Shown here one piece after another: positions 55,339 through 64,000 of a stretch of DNA of 64,000 nt. Position 1 is the first letter of the stretch. Every line of letters starts with the position of its first letter. The position numbers and the translations under genes were made by a program. The notes under the pieces were generated by a model that saw only the letters and a list, made by a program, of their open reading frames with translations, had not been told where the DNA came from and did not search any database. The stretch is from Solirubrobacteraceae bacterium (GTDB lineage: Bacteria > Actinomycetota > Thermoleophilia > Solirubrobacterales > Solirubrobacteraceae), in assembly GCA_035508735.1 (NCBI GenBank), contig DATJMM010000008.1, positions 9,021 through 73,020 of the forward strand. Reading direction: 5' to 3'.

Positions 55339-56432
55339 GCCAGTCGCCCTTCCTCACGCCGGGGAGCAGCCGCGGCAGGCGCCTGCGCGCCGCGCGCCGG
55401 CGCCGCCGGCGGCGGCTGGGCGCGCTCGGCGCGCTCGCGCTGGTCGCGCTGGTAGCGCTCGCCGCGCAGATGGCGCTGGCCGGCAGGTCGAGCAGGGACC
55501 ACCACCACCGCGCCGGCGACCGGGGCGCCGCGCACGCCGGCGGCAGCGCCTCGCCGGCGCGGCCGCGGCTCTCCCCGGACGGCCTCGCGCTGGCGGCCCC
55601 CGCGCTCGCGCTGCGCGGCATCTCCACGCCGCAGCGCGACCCCGTCCACGCCTACTTCAGCCGCCCCCCGCGCGCCGGGCTGCTCTTCAACCTCACCACC
55701 GGACAGGTGCTGTGGCAGCGCAACCCCTATCGGCGCGTGCCCATCGCGAGCCTCACGAAGATGATGACCGCGCTGCTGGTGGTCCAGTCGGCTCCCGCCG
55801 ACGCGCCCGTGCTGATCACCAGGCAGGCCGTCGACATGGGCGGCTCGAAGGTCGGCGTGCTGCCGCTGGGTCGTCACGTCAAGCTCGAGAGCCTGCTCTA
55901 CGGGCTGCTGCTGCCGTCCGGCAACGACGCCGCCGTGGCGCTCGCCCAGCACGTCGCCGGCAGCGTCCACGCCTTCGTGCTGCGCATGAACCGGCAGGCG
56001 GCCAAGCTCGGGCTCGGCTGCACCCGCTACTCCTCGCCCTCCGGCTACTACGACCGCGAGAACTTCTCCTGCGCCGCCGACCTCGCGGTGCTCGCGCACG
56101 TCGACATGGAGCACCGGCGCATCGCCAAGGTCGTCGGCACCTACGAAGCGATCCTGCCGTTCCCCATCCACGGCGGCAAGCTGTTCCTCTACAACAACAA
56201 CCCGCTGCTGATCTACCGCTACCCCGGCGTCACCGGCATGAAGACCGGGCAGACCGAAGCCGCCGGACGCTGCCTCGTGGCCACCGCCGAGCGCCACGGC
56301 GTGCGCCTCGGGGCGATCGTGCTCGACTCCGAAGCCCCCGGCACGCAGGCGCGCCAGCTGCTCGACCTGGGCTTCGAGCGCGTCTACCACCAGCCGGTCG
56401 TGGCCGAGGCGCCGTTCCCGCCCGGCGTGTGA
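55335..56432 (+). CDS. D-alanyl-D-alanine carboxypeptidase (peptidase S11)
   Basis: SLTK, SGN and KTG motifs; N-terminal TM anchor. Confidence 0.92.
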   Translation: MSQSPFLTPGSSRGRRLRAARRRRRRRLGALGALALVALVALAAQMALAGRSSRDHHHRAGDRGAAHAGGSASPARPRLSPDGLALAAPALALRGISTPQRDPVHAYFSRPPRAGLLFNLTTGQVLWQRNPYRRVPIASLTKMMTALLVVQSAPADAPVLITRQAVDMGGSKVGVLPLGRHVKLESLLYGLLLPSGNDAAVALAQHVAGSVHAFVLRMNRQAAKLGLGCTRYSSPSGYYDRENFSCAADLAVLAHVDMEHRRIAKVVGTYEAILPFPIHGGKLFLYNNNPLLIYRYPGVTGMKTGQTEAAGRCLVATAERHGVRLGAIVLDSEAPGTQARQLLDLGFERVYHQPVVAEAPFPPGV

Positions 56433-56454
56433 TCGGAGCCGCGATTCGCTAGAT

Positions 56455-56468
56455 TGACTGGTCAGTCA
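56455..56468. promoter_or_regulatory. Perfect palindrome TGACTG-gt-CAGTCA, candidate TetR-type operator
   Basis: Lies just upstream of the GAGGAGG SD of the acyl-CoA dehydrogenase pair. Confidence 0.55.
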
Positions 56469-56483
56469 GCCAGAGGAGGCGAA

Positions 56484-57710
56484 GTGGATCTCGACGACAC
56501 ACCAGAGCAGGCCGCCTACCGCGCGCAGGTGCGCAGCTGGCTCGGCGAGCACAAGGACGAAGCGCCGGTAATCGGGGACCCCACCCACCCCGGCGCGCTC
56601 GAGGACGAGCAGGAGATCATCGCCGCGCGGCGCGTCTGGCAGGGCAAGCTGGCCGAGGGCGGGCTCGCGGGCGTGACCTGGCCGAAGGAGTACGGCGGGC
56701 AGGGGCTCGGGCCGATCGAGCAGGTGATCTGCAACCAGGAGATCGCCGCCGCCAAGGTGCCGGGGATCCTCGACGCGATCGGCGTGGGCATGCTCGGGCC
56801 GACGATCATCGCGCACGGCTCCGAGGAGCAGAAGTCGCGCTACCTGGGGCCGATGCTGCACGGCGACGAGGTGTGGTGCCAGCTGTTCTCCGAGCCCGCC
56901 GCCGGCTCGGACCTCGCGGCCGTGCAGACGCGCGCGCGCCAGCAGGACGACGGCGGCTGGCGGCTGAGCGGGCAGAAGGTGTGGACCACCAACGCGCAGT
57001 TCGCCTCATACGGACTGCTGCTGGCGCGCACCGACGCCGACGTGCCCAAGCACAAGGGCCTGACGATGTTCGTGGTGCCGATGGACGCCGAGGGCGTCAC
57101 CGTGCGCGGCCTGCGCCAGATCTCCGGCGAGGCCGAGTTCAACGAGGTGTTCTTCGACGACGTGGCGCTCGAGCAGGGCGCGGTCGTGGGCGGCGTGGGC
57201 AATGGCTGGGGCACCGCGCTGACCACGCTGATGTTCGAGCGCGTCACGATCGGCCTCGGCGGCGAGGGCCTCGGCTACAACTCCGGCCGCTTCGCCGCCG
57301 CGATCGCATCCGACGGGCACGCCCGGCGCGACGTCGAGGTCAGGCGCCAGCTGGGCGAGATCGCCAGCGAGCTGCTGGCGGTGCGCTTCACCGGCTACCG
57401 CACGCTCACCGCCCTGCAGAAGGGCCAGATCCCCGGACCGGAGGCCGGCCTCGCGAAGGTCACGATCGTCAACGGCGCGATCAAGGCCGGCGACCTGATC
57501 GCCGACGTGCAGGGCCCCGACGCGCTCGCCGCCGACAGCCAGTGGGCGTACATGATCTCCTTCCTGCCAGGCCTGAAGTCCGCCGGCGGCACCGAGGAGA
57601 TCCTGCGCAACACGATCGGCGAGCGCGTGCTCGGGCTGCCGCCGGAGCCGCGCCTGGACAAGGGCATCCCCTTCTCGGAGCTGCGCAGCAAGGAAGGAGC
57701 GCCGGCATGA
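56484..57710 (+). CDS. Acyl-CoA dehydrogenase, catalytic-type subunit
   Basis: WCQLFSEPAAGSDLA; GQKVWTT; EFNEVFFD; SAGGTEEILRN. GTG after GAGGAGG. Confidence 0.93.
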   Translation: MDLDDTPEQAAYRAQVRSWLGEHKDEAPVIGDPTHPGALEDEQEIIAARRVWQGKLAEGGLAGVTWPKEYGGQGLGPIEQVICNQEIAAAKVPGILDAIGVGMLGPTIIAHGSEEQKSRYLGPMLHGDEVWCQLFSEPAAGSDLAAVQTRARQQDDGGWRLSGQKVWTTNAQFASYGLLLARTDADVPKHKGLTMFVVPMDAEGVTVRGLRQISGEAEFNEVFFDDVALEQGAVVGGVGNGWGTALTTLMFERVTIGLGGEGLGYNSGRFAAAIASDGHARRDVEVRRQLGEIASELLAVRFTGYRTLTALQKGQIPGPEAGLAKVTIVNGAIKAGDLIADVQGPDALAADSQWAYMISFLPGLKSAGGTEEILRNTIGERVLGLPPEPRLDKGIPFSELRSKEGAPA

Positions 57711-58852
57711 ACCTCGCCCTCTCCGACGAGCAGGAGTTCCTGCGCGAGGCCGCCCGCGGGACGCTGTCGCGCTTCAAGACGCTGGCAGCGGCGCGCGAGG
57801 CGCTGGACGGGGACGAGGGCGCGCTGCCCGACCTGTGGCCCGCCGCCTGCGAGGCCGGCTGGCCCGGCCTGCTGATCGACGAAGCGCACGGCGGCGCCGG
57901 GCTGGACGTGTTCGACGCGATGCTCGTGCTCGGCGAGTGCGGGCGCGTGCTGGCGCGCGTGCCGCTGCTCGGCCACCTGCCCGCCAGCGCGATCGTCAAC
58001 GACTCCCCGAACGCCGCCGAGTGGGTCGGCATGCTCGCCAGCGGCGAGCGCCGCGCCGCCTACCTGCCGGCGCAGCCGCCGAGCGACCTGGACGGCAGCT
58101 GGAGCGCAGACCCCGCGCACGGCTCGCTGCGCGCCGGGCTGCCGACCGCCGGCGCGGCGGACGCCGACGGGCGCGTGCGCGTCGACGGACGCGTCGCGTT
58201 CGTGCCCGACGCCCCCGGAGCGAGCGGCTTCGTGGGGGTGGCGACGATGGACGGCGACCCCGTCGGCGTCGCGGTGCTCAGCGACTCGCCCGGCGTGGCG
58301 GTCGAGCCGGTCACCAGATACGACTCCACCCGCTCGCTCGGCCACGTCTCCTTCACCGATGCCCCCGCGGTGCTCCTCGACGCCCCCCGCGAGTCGCTCG
58401 TGGCCGCCTGGTACATAGCCCAGGCGCTGATCGCCGCCGAGTCGCTCGGCAGCGTCGAGACCGCCCTCGAGGTGTCCGTCGCATACGCCAAGGAGCGCTT
58501 CACCTTCGGCCGCGCGATCGGCTCCTACCAGGCCGTCAAGCACTCGCTTACCGAGGTGCTGCGCCAGCTCGAGAACGGCCGCTCGCTGCTGTACTACGCC
58601 GGCTGGGCGCGCAACGGGGCGCCCGCCGAGTTCCCGCTCGCGGCCAGCGCCGCGCGCTCGGTGGGCGGGCGCGCGCTCGACGCCGCGGCGCGCACGATGA
58701 TCTCCGTGCACGGCGGCATCGGCGCCACCTGGGAGCACGACGCGCCGCTCTACTTCCGGCGCGCGCAGCTCTCGCGGCGCCTGCTCGGAGGCACCGCCGG
58801 CGCCAGCGACCGCGTGGCCGGCGAGCTGCTCGCGCAGGCCGACGCCGCCTGA
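57707..58852 (+). CDS. Acyl-CoA dehydrogenase, partner subunit
   Basis: MNLALSDEQ; YAKERFTFGRAIGSYQAVKH; HGGIGATWEH. ATGA-coupled to the upstream gene. Confidence 0.9.
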   Translation: MNLALSDEQEFLREAARGTLSRFKTLAAAREALDGDEGALPDLWPAACEAGWPGLLIDEAHGGAGLDVFDAMLVLGECGRVLARVPLLGHLPASAIVNDSPNAAEWVGMLASGERRAAYLPAQPPSDLDGSWSADPAHGSLRAGLPTAGAADADGRVRVDGRVAFVPDAPGASGFVGVATMDGDPVGVAVLSDSPGVAVEPVTRYDSTRSLGHVSFTDAPAVLLDAPRESLVAAWYIAQALIAAESLGSVETALEVSVAYAKERFTFGRAIGSYQAVKHSLTEVLRQLENGRSLLYYAGWARNGAPAEFPLAASAARSVGGRALDAAARTMISVHGGIGATWEHDAPLYFRRAQLSRRLLGGTAGASDRVAGELLAQADAA

Positions 58853-59757
58853 GCCTTCGCCGCTTCGGCCGCTTCGGCTTCCAGCGCTTCCAGCACGGGG
58901 CGGCCGTAGGCGGCGTACACCGCCTGCACCATCGGCGCCTCCACGCCGCAGTTGACGCAGAAGCCGTGCTGAGACCAGCCGATCGCGCGCGCCAGCACCT
59001 GATCGGCGTAGCTCACGCCGGTGGCGTCGTGGCCGTAGTAGTCGTACGCAGCCCACCAGGAGGAGTCTTCGAGCCCGTAGCCCGCGCCGTCCGCCGAGAG
59101 CAGGTGCGCCGCCGCCATGATCGCGTCGAAGTCGTCGTAGACCGAGGGATGGGTGGCGGTCATGTGGTCGTAGCGCGCCGGGCGGGCGCCGTATACGTAG
59201 GAGTCGGCCACCAGCTCCCAGGTGGACGGCACGCCCGCCCCCCCGTTGCGCACGTTGAACTGCATCGGGCCGCCGCAGCAGTGGGCGAAGTTCAGCCCCA
59301 CGTAGGTGCCCGGCGCGGTCGAGAAGGCGCTCTCCTGCCGGTGGATCGAGGCGATCAGCAGCCAGTTCACGCCGAAGGTGCGCTGGGCGGTGGCGTAGAT
59401 CGGGTAGAAGCCTTCCATCCAGCGCCTGGAGATGTGCACTTCGCTCGCGTCCAGCAGGCTGCGCGCGGCGGCGCGCTGCTCGCCCGCGCCGGGGTGCGCC
59501 ACGATCGCGTCGTGCGCGCGCCCGCGCGCGCGGGCCCCCACGCGCGCCGCGGACGCAGACGCGGGCGCGGACGGCACGGGCGTGGCCACCGACACCAGCA
59601 CCGGCGGCGGCGCCACCCCCGCGCGCGTGCGCCCCACCACGCCGGTCAGCGCCAGCGCCAGCGCGGCCAGGCCCGCCGCCAGCACCGCTCCGGCGAGCGC
59701 CCAGGCCCGGCGTTCCGATCGCGGCTGCGGCGCGGAGGCGTAGCGTGCCGTGGACAC
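58750..59757 (-). CDS. Lytic transglycosylase/lysozyme-like protein, membrane-anchored
   Basis: N-terminal TM; GVNWLLIASIHRQES; GGPMQF; DAIMAAAHLL; YADQVLARA. Confidence 0.75.
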   Translation of the reverse strand: MSTARYASAPQPRSERRAWALAGAVLAAGLAALALALTGVVGRTRAGVAPPPVLVSVATPVPSAPASASAARVGARARGRAHDAIVAHPGAGEQRAAARSLLDASEVHISRRWMEGFYPIYATAQRTFGVNWLLIASIHRQESAFSTAPGTYVGLNFAHCCGGPMQFNVRNGGAGVPSTWELVADSYVYGARPARYDHMTATHPSVYDDFDAIMAAAHLLSADGAGYGLEDSSWWAAYDYYGHDATGVSYADQVLARAIGWSQHGFCVNCGVEAPMVQAVYAAYGRPVLEALEAEAAEAAKAQAASACASSSPATRSLAPAVPPSRRRESCARRK

Positions 59758-59834
59758 AGCGGCTCATGCTAGCCGCGGCGAGCGCGGATCATGCCGGCGT
59801 CAGGCTGCCGGCCACGCCCGGCCGCCCCGGCCGC

Positions 59835-60713
59835 TCACACCCCCAGCGCCCGCCGCGCCACGCGGTCGAACACGTGGTCGGGCAGCAGCCGCTTGGCGAT
59901 CAGCATCGCCCGGGCGTCGAGGCCGATCACGTAGCGCGCGCGCATGCGCGGCGCGGCCAGCGCACCGGCGATCGTGTCGGCCACGCGCTCGGCGGGCACG
60001 CCGCGGCCCGCCGTCTTCTCCAGCGTCTCGCGCATCGCCGCGAGCGCCGGGCCGTAGACCCCCTCGAGCTCCGGCGGCAGCGCCATGCCGTCGGCGTCCG
60101 CGCGCGCCTTCTCCCAGATCGGCGTGGCCACCGACCCCGGCTCGACCAGCGCCACCTGCACGCCGGAGCTGCGCAGCTCCACGCGCAGCGCGTCGGCCAG
60201 CGCCTCGATCGCGTGCTTGGAGGCGGCGTAGGGCGCCGTGAACGCCATCGCCACGCGCCCGCCGATGGAGGACACGAACACCACGCGCCCATGCGCGGCG
60301 CGCAGCGCCGGCAGCATCGCCTGCGTGACCGCCACCTGCGCCAGCACGTTCACGTCGAACTGCCTGCGCAGGTCCTCCGGCGAGACCAGCTCGAGCGGGC
60401 CGCCCACGCCGATGCCGGCGTTGTTCACCAGCGCGTCGAGGCCGCCGCCAGCCGCTTCGCCGGCGCGCGCCGCCTCCTCGGCGACGCGCTCGCGCGCGGC
60501 CTTCACCTGCCCGGCATCGGTCACGTCCAGGCCGAGCGGCACGATCCGCGCGCCGGCGCCTTCGCCGGCGCCGGCGCCCGCGTCGGCGCGCAGGCGCTCG
60601 CCGGCCGCCTCGTCGCGCACGCCAGCGAGCACCGTCCAGCCGCCCGTCGCGAGGCGCAGCGCGGTGGCGCGCCCGATGCCGGTCGACGCGCCGGTGACGA
60701 GTGCAAGCGGCAC
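59835..60713 (-). CDS. Short-chain dehydrogenase/reductase
   Basis: VTGASTGIG; LVNNAG; VSSIGG; YAASK. Confidence 0.93.
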   Translation of the reverse strand: MPLALVTGASTGIGRATALRLATGGWTVLAGVRDEAAGERLRADAGAGAGEGAGARIVPLGLDVTDAGQVKAARERVAEEAARAGEAAGGGLDALVNNAGIGVGGPLELVSPEDLRRQFDVNVLAQVAVTQAMLPALRAAHGRVVFVSSIGGRVAMAFTAPYAASKHAIEALADALRVELRSSGVQVALVEPGSVATPIWEKARADADGMALPPELEGVYGPALAAMRETLEKTAGRGVPAERVADTIAGALAAPRMRARYVIGLDARAMLIAKRLLPDHVFDRVARRALGV

Positions 60714-60787
60714 GTGCGCGACCTTACAGCAGCCGCGCCTGGCGGAAGGTGGATCGCGCAATTAGCGAGGACTTAACATCCAGGAGA

Positions 60788-62143
60788 ATGGTTGTCGGTG
60801 TGAGGCGCCTCCCCCGAGCTCGCCCGCGCCGCGGGCGCGCCGTCCGGCGCAGGAGCGCGGCCGCGCTGGCGGCGCTGGCCGCGCTGGCGCTGCTCGCCGG
60901 CTGCGGCGGCGAGGAGCTGCGCGACGCGCCCGCCGAGCGCGTGGCCGGGGACGTCGCCGCGCACGCCGTCCAGGTCTCGAGCGGCTGCTCGGCGGCGGTG
61001 CTGGGGACGCTCGCCAGCGTGCTCGCGCGCGTGTACAGGGAGGGCGTGCACAGCGAAAGGACGGCCAGCGCCGAATACATGATCACCCACTCCGCGCCGC
61101 TGCGCGAAGCCCTCGAAGCCCGCGACCGGACCGCCGCGCGCGCGGCTCTGCGCACCCTGATCGCCAGCGGCCACATGACCGACGTCAGCATCGAGCTCCA
61201 CGGCAGGCCGTTCGTGCAGGCTGGCGGGCCCGCGCTCGCGCCGTTGCGGGGAACGCTGCTCGATGCGCGCGGCGCGCCGCTGGCCACCTACACCGCCAGC
61301 GTGTGGGCCGACAGGGGGTTCCTCAGCGAGGGCGGCGGCATCACCCAGGGCGTGATCGTGCTGCGCTCCGGCGGGCACAGCCTCGGCGGCTCGATCTCGC
61401 TGCCGGCCGGCCTGGCCGGCGAAGGCGCGCTCACGCGCGCCGGCGTCCCCTACCGCTACACCTCTTTCGCCGCCGGCGCCTACCCCTCGGGGAGCCAGGT
61501 GCGCGTGTACCTGCTGATCCCCACCGCCAAGGTCGCGCCGCTGTGCGCCGCCGGCGCCACCGACACCACCGTCAACGCGCTGCGGCGCGTGGCGAGGCTC
61601 ATCTACGCCGCCGAGGTCGGCCGGGCCGCCCGCAAGCAGGTCGCGCGCGTGCAGCGCAACCTGCCGCTGCTCGAAGCGGTCGCGCGCCGCGAACCGGAAG
61701 CCACGCGTCTTGCGATCGACGCGCTGCTGCACGAGCACGTGGTGCGCATGCGCGTGACCGTCGCAGGGCAGCTGCTCTCCGACGTCGGCGGCCCCTACGT
61801 GCTCGGCCCGGTCAGCGCGCCGCTGCGCCTGCACGGCCGCAAGATCGGCGAGCTGACGCTGTCGGTCCAGGACGACGAAGGCTACCTGCGCCTGACCCGG
61901 CGCCTGGCCGGCCTGGCCGTGCTCATGTACATGCCGGCGGCCGAACCGTCCGGCCCTCCCCAGCTCGTCAAGGACAGCCTCGGCGGCCCCGCGCCGGCGC
62001 TCTCGCAGGTGCCGGAAAGCGGGCCCTACCGCGACGGCGCGCGCAGCTTCCGGGTGTTCACGCTGCACCGCGAGGCCTTCCCCTCGGGGCCGCTCACGAT
62101 CCGCGTGCTGGTGCCCCTCCCCTACGAACGGGTCACCTCCTGA
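60788..62143 (+). CDS. Lipoprotein with an internally duplicated Cache-like domain
   Basis: Arg-rich n-region, hydrophobic h-region and LAGC lipobox; two similar ~75-aa segments. Confidence 0.6.
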   Translation: MVVGVRRLPRARPRRGRAVRRRSAAALAALAALALLAGCGGEELRDAPAERVAGDVAAHAVQVSSGCSAAVLGTLASVLARVYREGVHSERTASAEYMITHSAPLREALEARDRTAARAALRTLIASGHMTDVSIELHGRPFVQAGGPALAPLRGTLLDARGAPLATYTASVWADRGFLSEGGGITQGVIVLRSGGHSLGGSISLPAGLAGEGALTRAGVPYRYTSFAAGAYPSGSQVRVYLLIPTAKVAPLCAAGATDTTVNALRRVARLIYAAEVGRAARKQVARVQRNLPLLEAVARREPEATRLAIDALLHEHVVRMRVTVAGQLLSDVGGPYVLGPVSAPLRLHGRKIGELTLSVQDDEGYLRLTRRLAGLAVLMYMPAAEPSGPPQLVKDSLGGPAPALSQVPESGPYRDGARSFRVFTLHREAFPSGPLTIRVLVPLPYERVTS

Positions 62144-62200
62144 GGCGGGCGCGCCCGGCGCGCCGCGGCCCGGCCCCGCCGCGCGGCGAGGCGGCCCGCG

Positions 62201-63349
62201 CTAGGCCGGCGCCAGCGACGCGCGCTTGGCGCGCAGCGACTGCAGCAGCTCCTCGAAGGAGGCCGAGAATTTCTCCACGCCCTCGCGCTCGAGCGTGTCG
62301 GTGACGTCCTCGTAGTCCACGCCCACGCGCGCCAGCTCGTCCATCACCGCGTGGGCGCCGGCGAGATCCTGCCGCAGCCGCGCCTGCGGCTGGCCGTGGT
62401 CCTGATAGGCCTTGATCGTCTCCTCCGGCATCGTGTCGACCGTGTCGGGGCCGATCAGCCCGTCCACGTACAGCGTGTCGGGGTAGTCCGGGTTCTTGGT
62501 CGAGGTCGACGCCCACAGCACCCGCTGCGGCGTCGCGCCCTTGCCCGCCAGGAACTCCCAGCGGGGGCCGCTGAAGGCCTCCAGGTAGTGGGCGTAGGCG
62601 AGCTTCGCGTTGGCGATCGCGAGCTTGCCGCGCAGCCCTGCCGCATCGGGGTGCTCGGCGCTCGCCTCCTCCAGGCGGCGGTCGGCCTCGGTGTCGATGC
62701 GCGAGACGAAGAAGCTCGCCACCGAGGCGACGCCGCTCGGGTCGCCGCCCTCGGCCACGAGGCGCTCGATGCCGCGGATGTAGGACTCCGCCACCTCCGC
62801 GTAGCGGCGCAGCGAGAAGATCAGCGTGACGTTGATCGAGCGGCCCTTGGCGAGCACGTCCTCGATCGCGGCGAGCCCCGGCTTGGTGGCCGGGATCTTC
62901 ACCATCAGGTTGGGGCGGTCGACGCGCTCGTGCAGCCGCATCGCATCGCGGAACGTCCGCAGCGTGTCGTAGGCCAGGCGCGGGTCGACCTCGAGCGAGA
63001 CGTAGCCGTCGCGCGCCGGCGGCGCACCCCGCTCTCCTGCCCAGACGGGGTGGAAGAGGTCGCAGGCGTCCTTGATGTCCTGGATCGCGAGCTCCCAGAA
63101 GACGTCGGCCACGTCGGGGGGGTCGGGGTTCCCGTCCACCAGCCCGTGCAGCTGCTCGTCGTAGGCGCTGCCTTCGCTCATCGCCTTCTCGAAGATCGTC
63201 GGGTTGGAGGTCGCGCCGACGACCGCGAAGTCGTCGATCAGCTCCTGCAGGTGCCCGCCGCGGATCGAGTCGCGCGAGAGGAAGTCCACCCACACGCTCT
63301 GCCCGACTGCCGACAGGCGTTGCAGGGGCGGGAGTGCGTCTGCAGACAT
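62201..63349 (-). CDS. tal: Transaldolase (actinobacterial type)
   Basis: VWVDFLSR; GATSNPTIF; MVKIPAT; NVTLIFS; SFFVSRID; LWAST. Confidence 0.96.
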   Translation of the reverse strand: MSADALPPLQRLSAVGQSVWVDFLSRDSIRGGHLQELIDDFAVVGATSNPTIFEKAMSEGSAYDEQLHGLVDGNPDPPDVADVFWELAIQDIKDACDLFHPVWAGERGAPPARDGYVSLEVDPRLAYDTLRTFRDAMRLHERVDRPNLMVKIPATKPGLAAIEDVLAKGRSINVTLIFSLRRYAEVAESYIRGIERLVAEGGDPSGVASVASFFVSRIDTEADRRLEEASAEHPDAAGLRGKLAIANAKLAYAHYLEAFSGPRWEFLAGKGATPQRVLWASTSTKNPDYPDTLYVDGLIGPDTVDTMPEETIKAYQDHGQPQARLRQDLAGAHAVMDELARVGVDYEDVTDTLEREGVEKFSASFEELLQSLRAKRASLAPA

Positions 63350-63360
63350 GGCGTCCTCCT

Positions 63361-64000
63361 TCAGTCTCGGCGGTCCAGTAGCGCGCGTGCGCGCGCGAGG
63401 ATGTTCTCGGCAGAGAAGCCGAGCTTCTCGAGCACCGTGGTTCCCGGTGCAGAGGCGCCGAAGCGGTCGAGGCCGAGCACCTCGCCCTCCAGCCCCACCC
63501 ACTTCCACCAGCTGATCGTCGCGCCCGGCTCCACCGCCAGGCGCGTGCGCACCGACGGCGGCAGCACCTCGTCGCGGTACTCCTGCGCCTGCGCTTCGAA
63601 CAGCTCGAAGCAGGGCATCGACACCAGCCGCACGCGCGCGCCGCCGCCGGCCAGCTCGCGCGCCGCCGCCAGCGTCGGTCCCACCTCGGCGCCGGTGGCG
63701 ATCAGGATGATCTCGGGCTCCTGCCCGGCGGCCGAGTCCCACAGCACGTAGGCGCCGCGCTCGAGGCCGTCCGCGCTCGCCACCTGCTCGCGATCCAGCA
63801 CCGGCACGTTCTGGCGCGAGAGCAGCAGCGCCACCGGGCCGTCGTCGCGTTCGAGCGCCATGCGCCAGGCCACCGCGGTCTCGTTGGCGTCGCCGGGTCT
63901 GACCACCCACAGCTGGGGGATCGCCCGCAGCGAGGCGTAGTGCTCGATCGGCTGGTGCGTGGGGCCGTCCTCGCCCAAGCCGACCGAGTCGTGCGTCCAC
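63361..64000 (-). CDS. tkt: Transketolase, C-terminal part (gene starts beyond the right edge)
   Basis: THDSVGLGEDGPTHQPIEH; RPGDANE; LSRQN; IATGAEV; VSMPC; FGASAP. Confidence 0.96.
   Translation of the reverse strand, partial: WTHDSVGLGEDGPTHQPIEHYASLRAIPQLWVVRPGDANETAVAWRMALERDDGPVALLLSRQNVPVLDREQVASADGLERGAYVLWDSAAGQEPEIILIATGAEVGPTLAAARELAGGGARVRLVSMPCFELFEAQAQEYRDEVLPPSVRTRLAVEPGATISWWKWVGLEGEVLGLDRFGASAPGTTVLEKLGFSAENILARARALLDRRD

Overview
A 64-kb window from a very high-GC actinobacterium. The hspR, ino1 and actinobacterial tal genes fit this, and Thermoleophilia/Solirubrobacterales is my best inference. The backbone is housekeeping: mntR-mntH, an ABC-2 exporter, dnaK-grpE-dnaJ-hspR-clpB, a Cu P1B-ATPase with a CtaG-like gene, rlmD, argF, thiOSG/thiE, lpdA-pdhABC-lipBA, a heteromeric acyl-CoA dehydrogenase pair, tal and partial tkt. 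One IS1380-family element is present, with 13-bp terminal inverted repeats. I found no rRNA, tRNA or CRISPR array. Four candidates stand out. (1) An inositol-lipid cluster (31.0-37.1 kb) with a GT-C-like membrane protein, an AUR1/IPC-synthase-like PAP2 enzyme, PIP synthase and Ino1. It ends in a PimA-like N-terminal domain fused to a PHP phosphoesterase, a candidate for the unassigned phosphatidylinositol-phosphate phosphatase. (2) A translationally coupled EVE/PUA-like-HNH nuclease and DCTPP1/MazG-like pyrophosphatase, a candidate modified-cytosine defence module. (3) A membrane diguanylate cyclase fused to a QsdR/TetR-type DNA-binding domain, with a palindrome upstream. (4) A three-gene islet upstream of dnaK with a degenerate TacT/AtaT-like GNAT, a coiled-coil-wHTH protein and a small convergent gene. 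Smaller oddities include probable non-canonical start codons, gene remnants, likely pseudo-enzymes and frequent SD-less starts. All family assignments come from motif recognition by eye; no database search was run.
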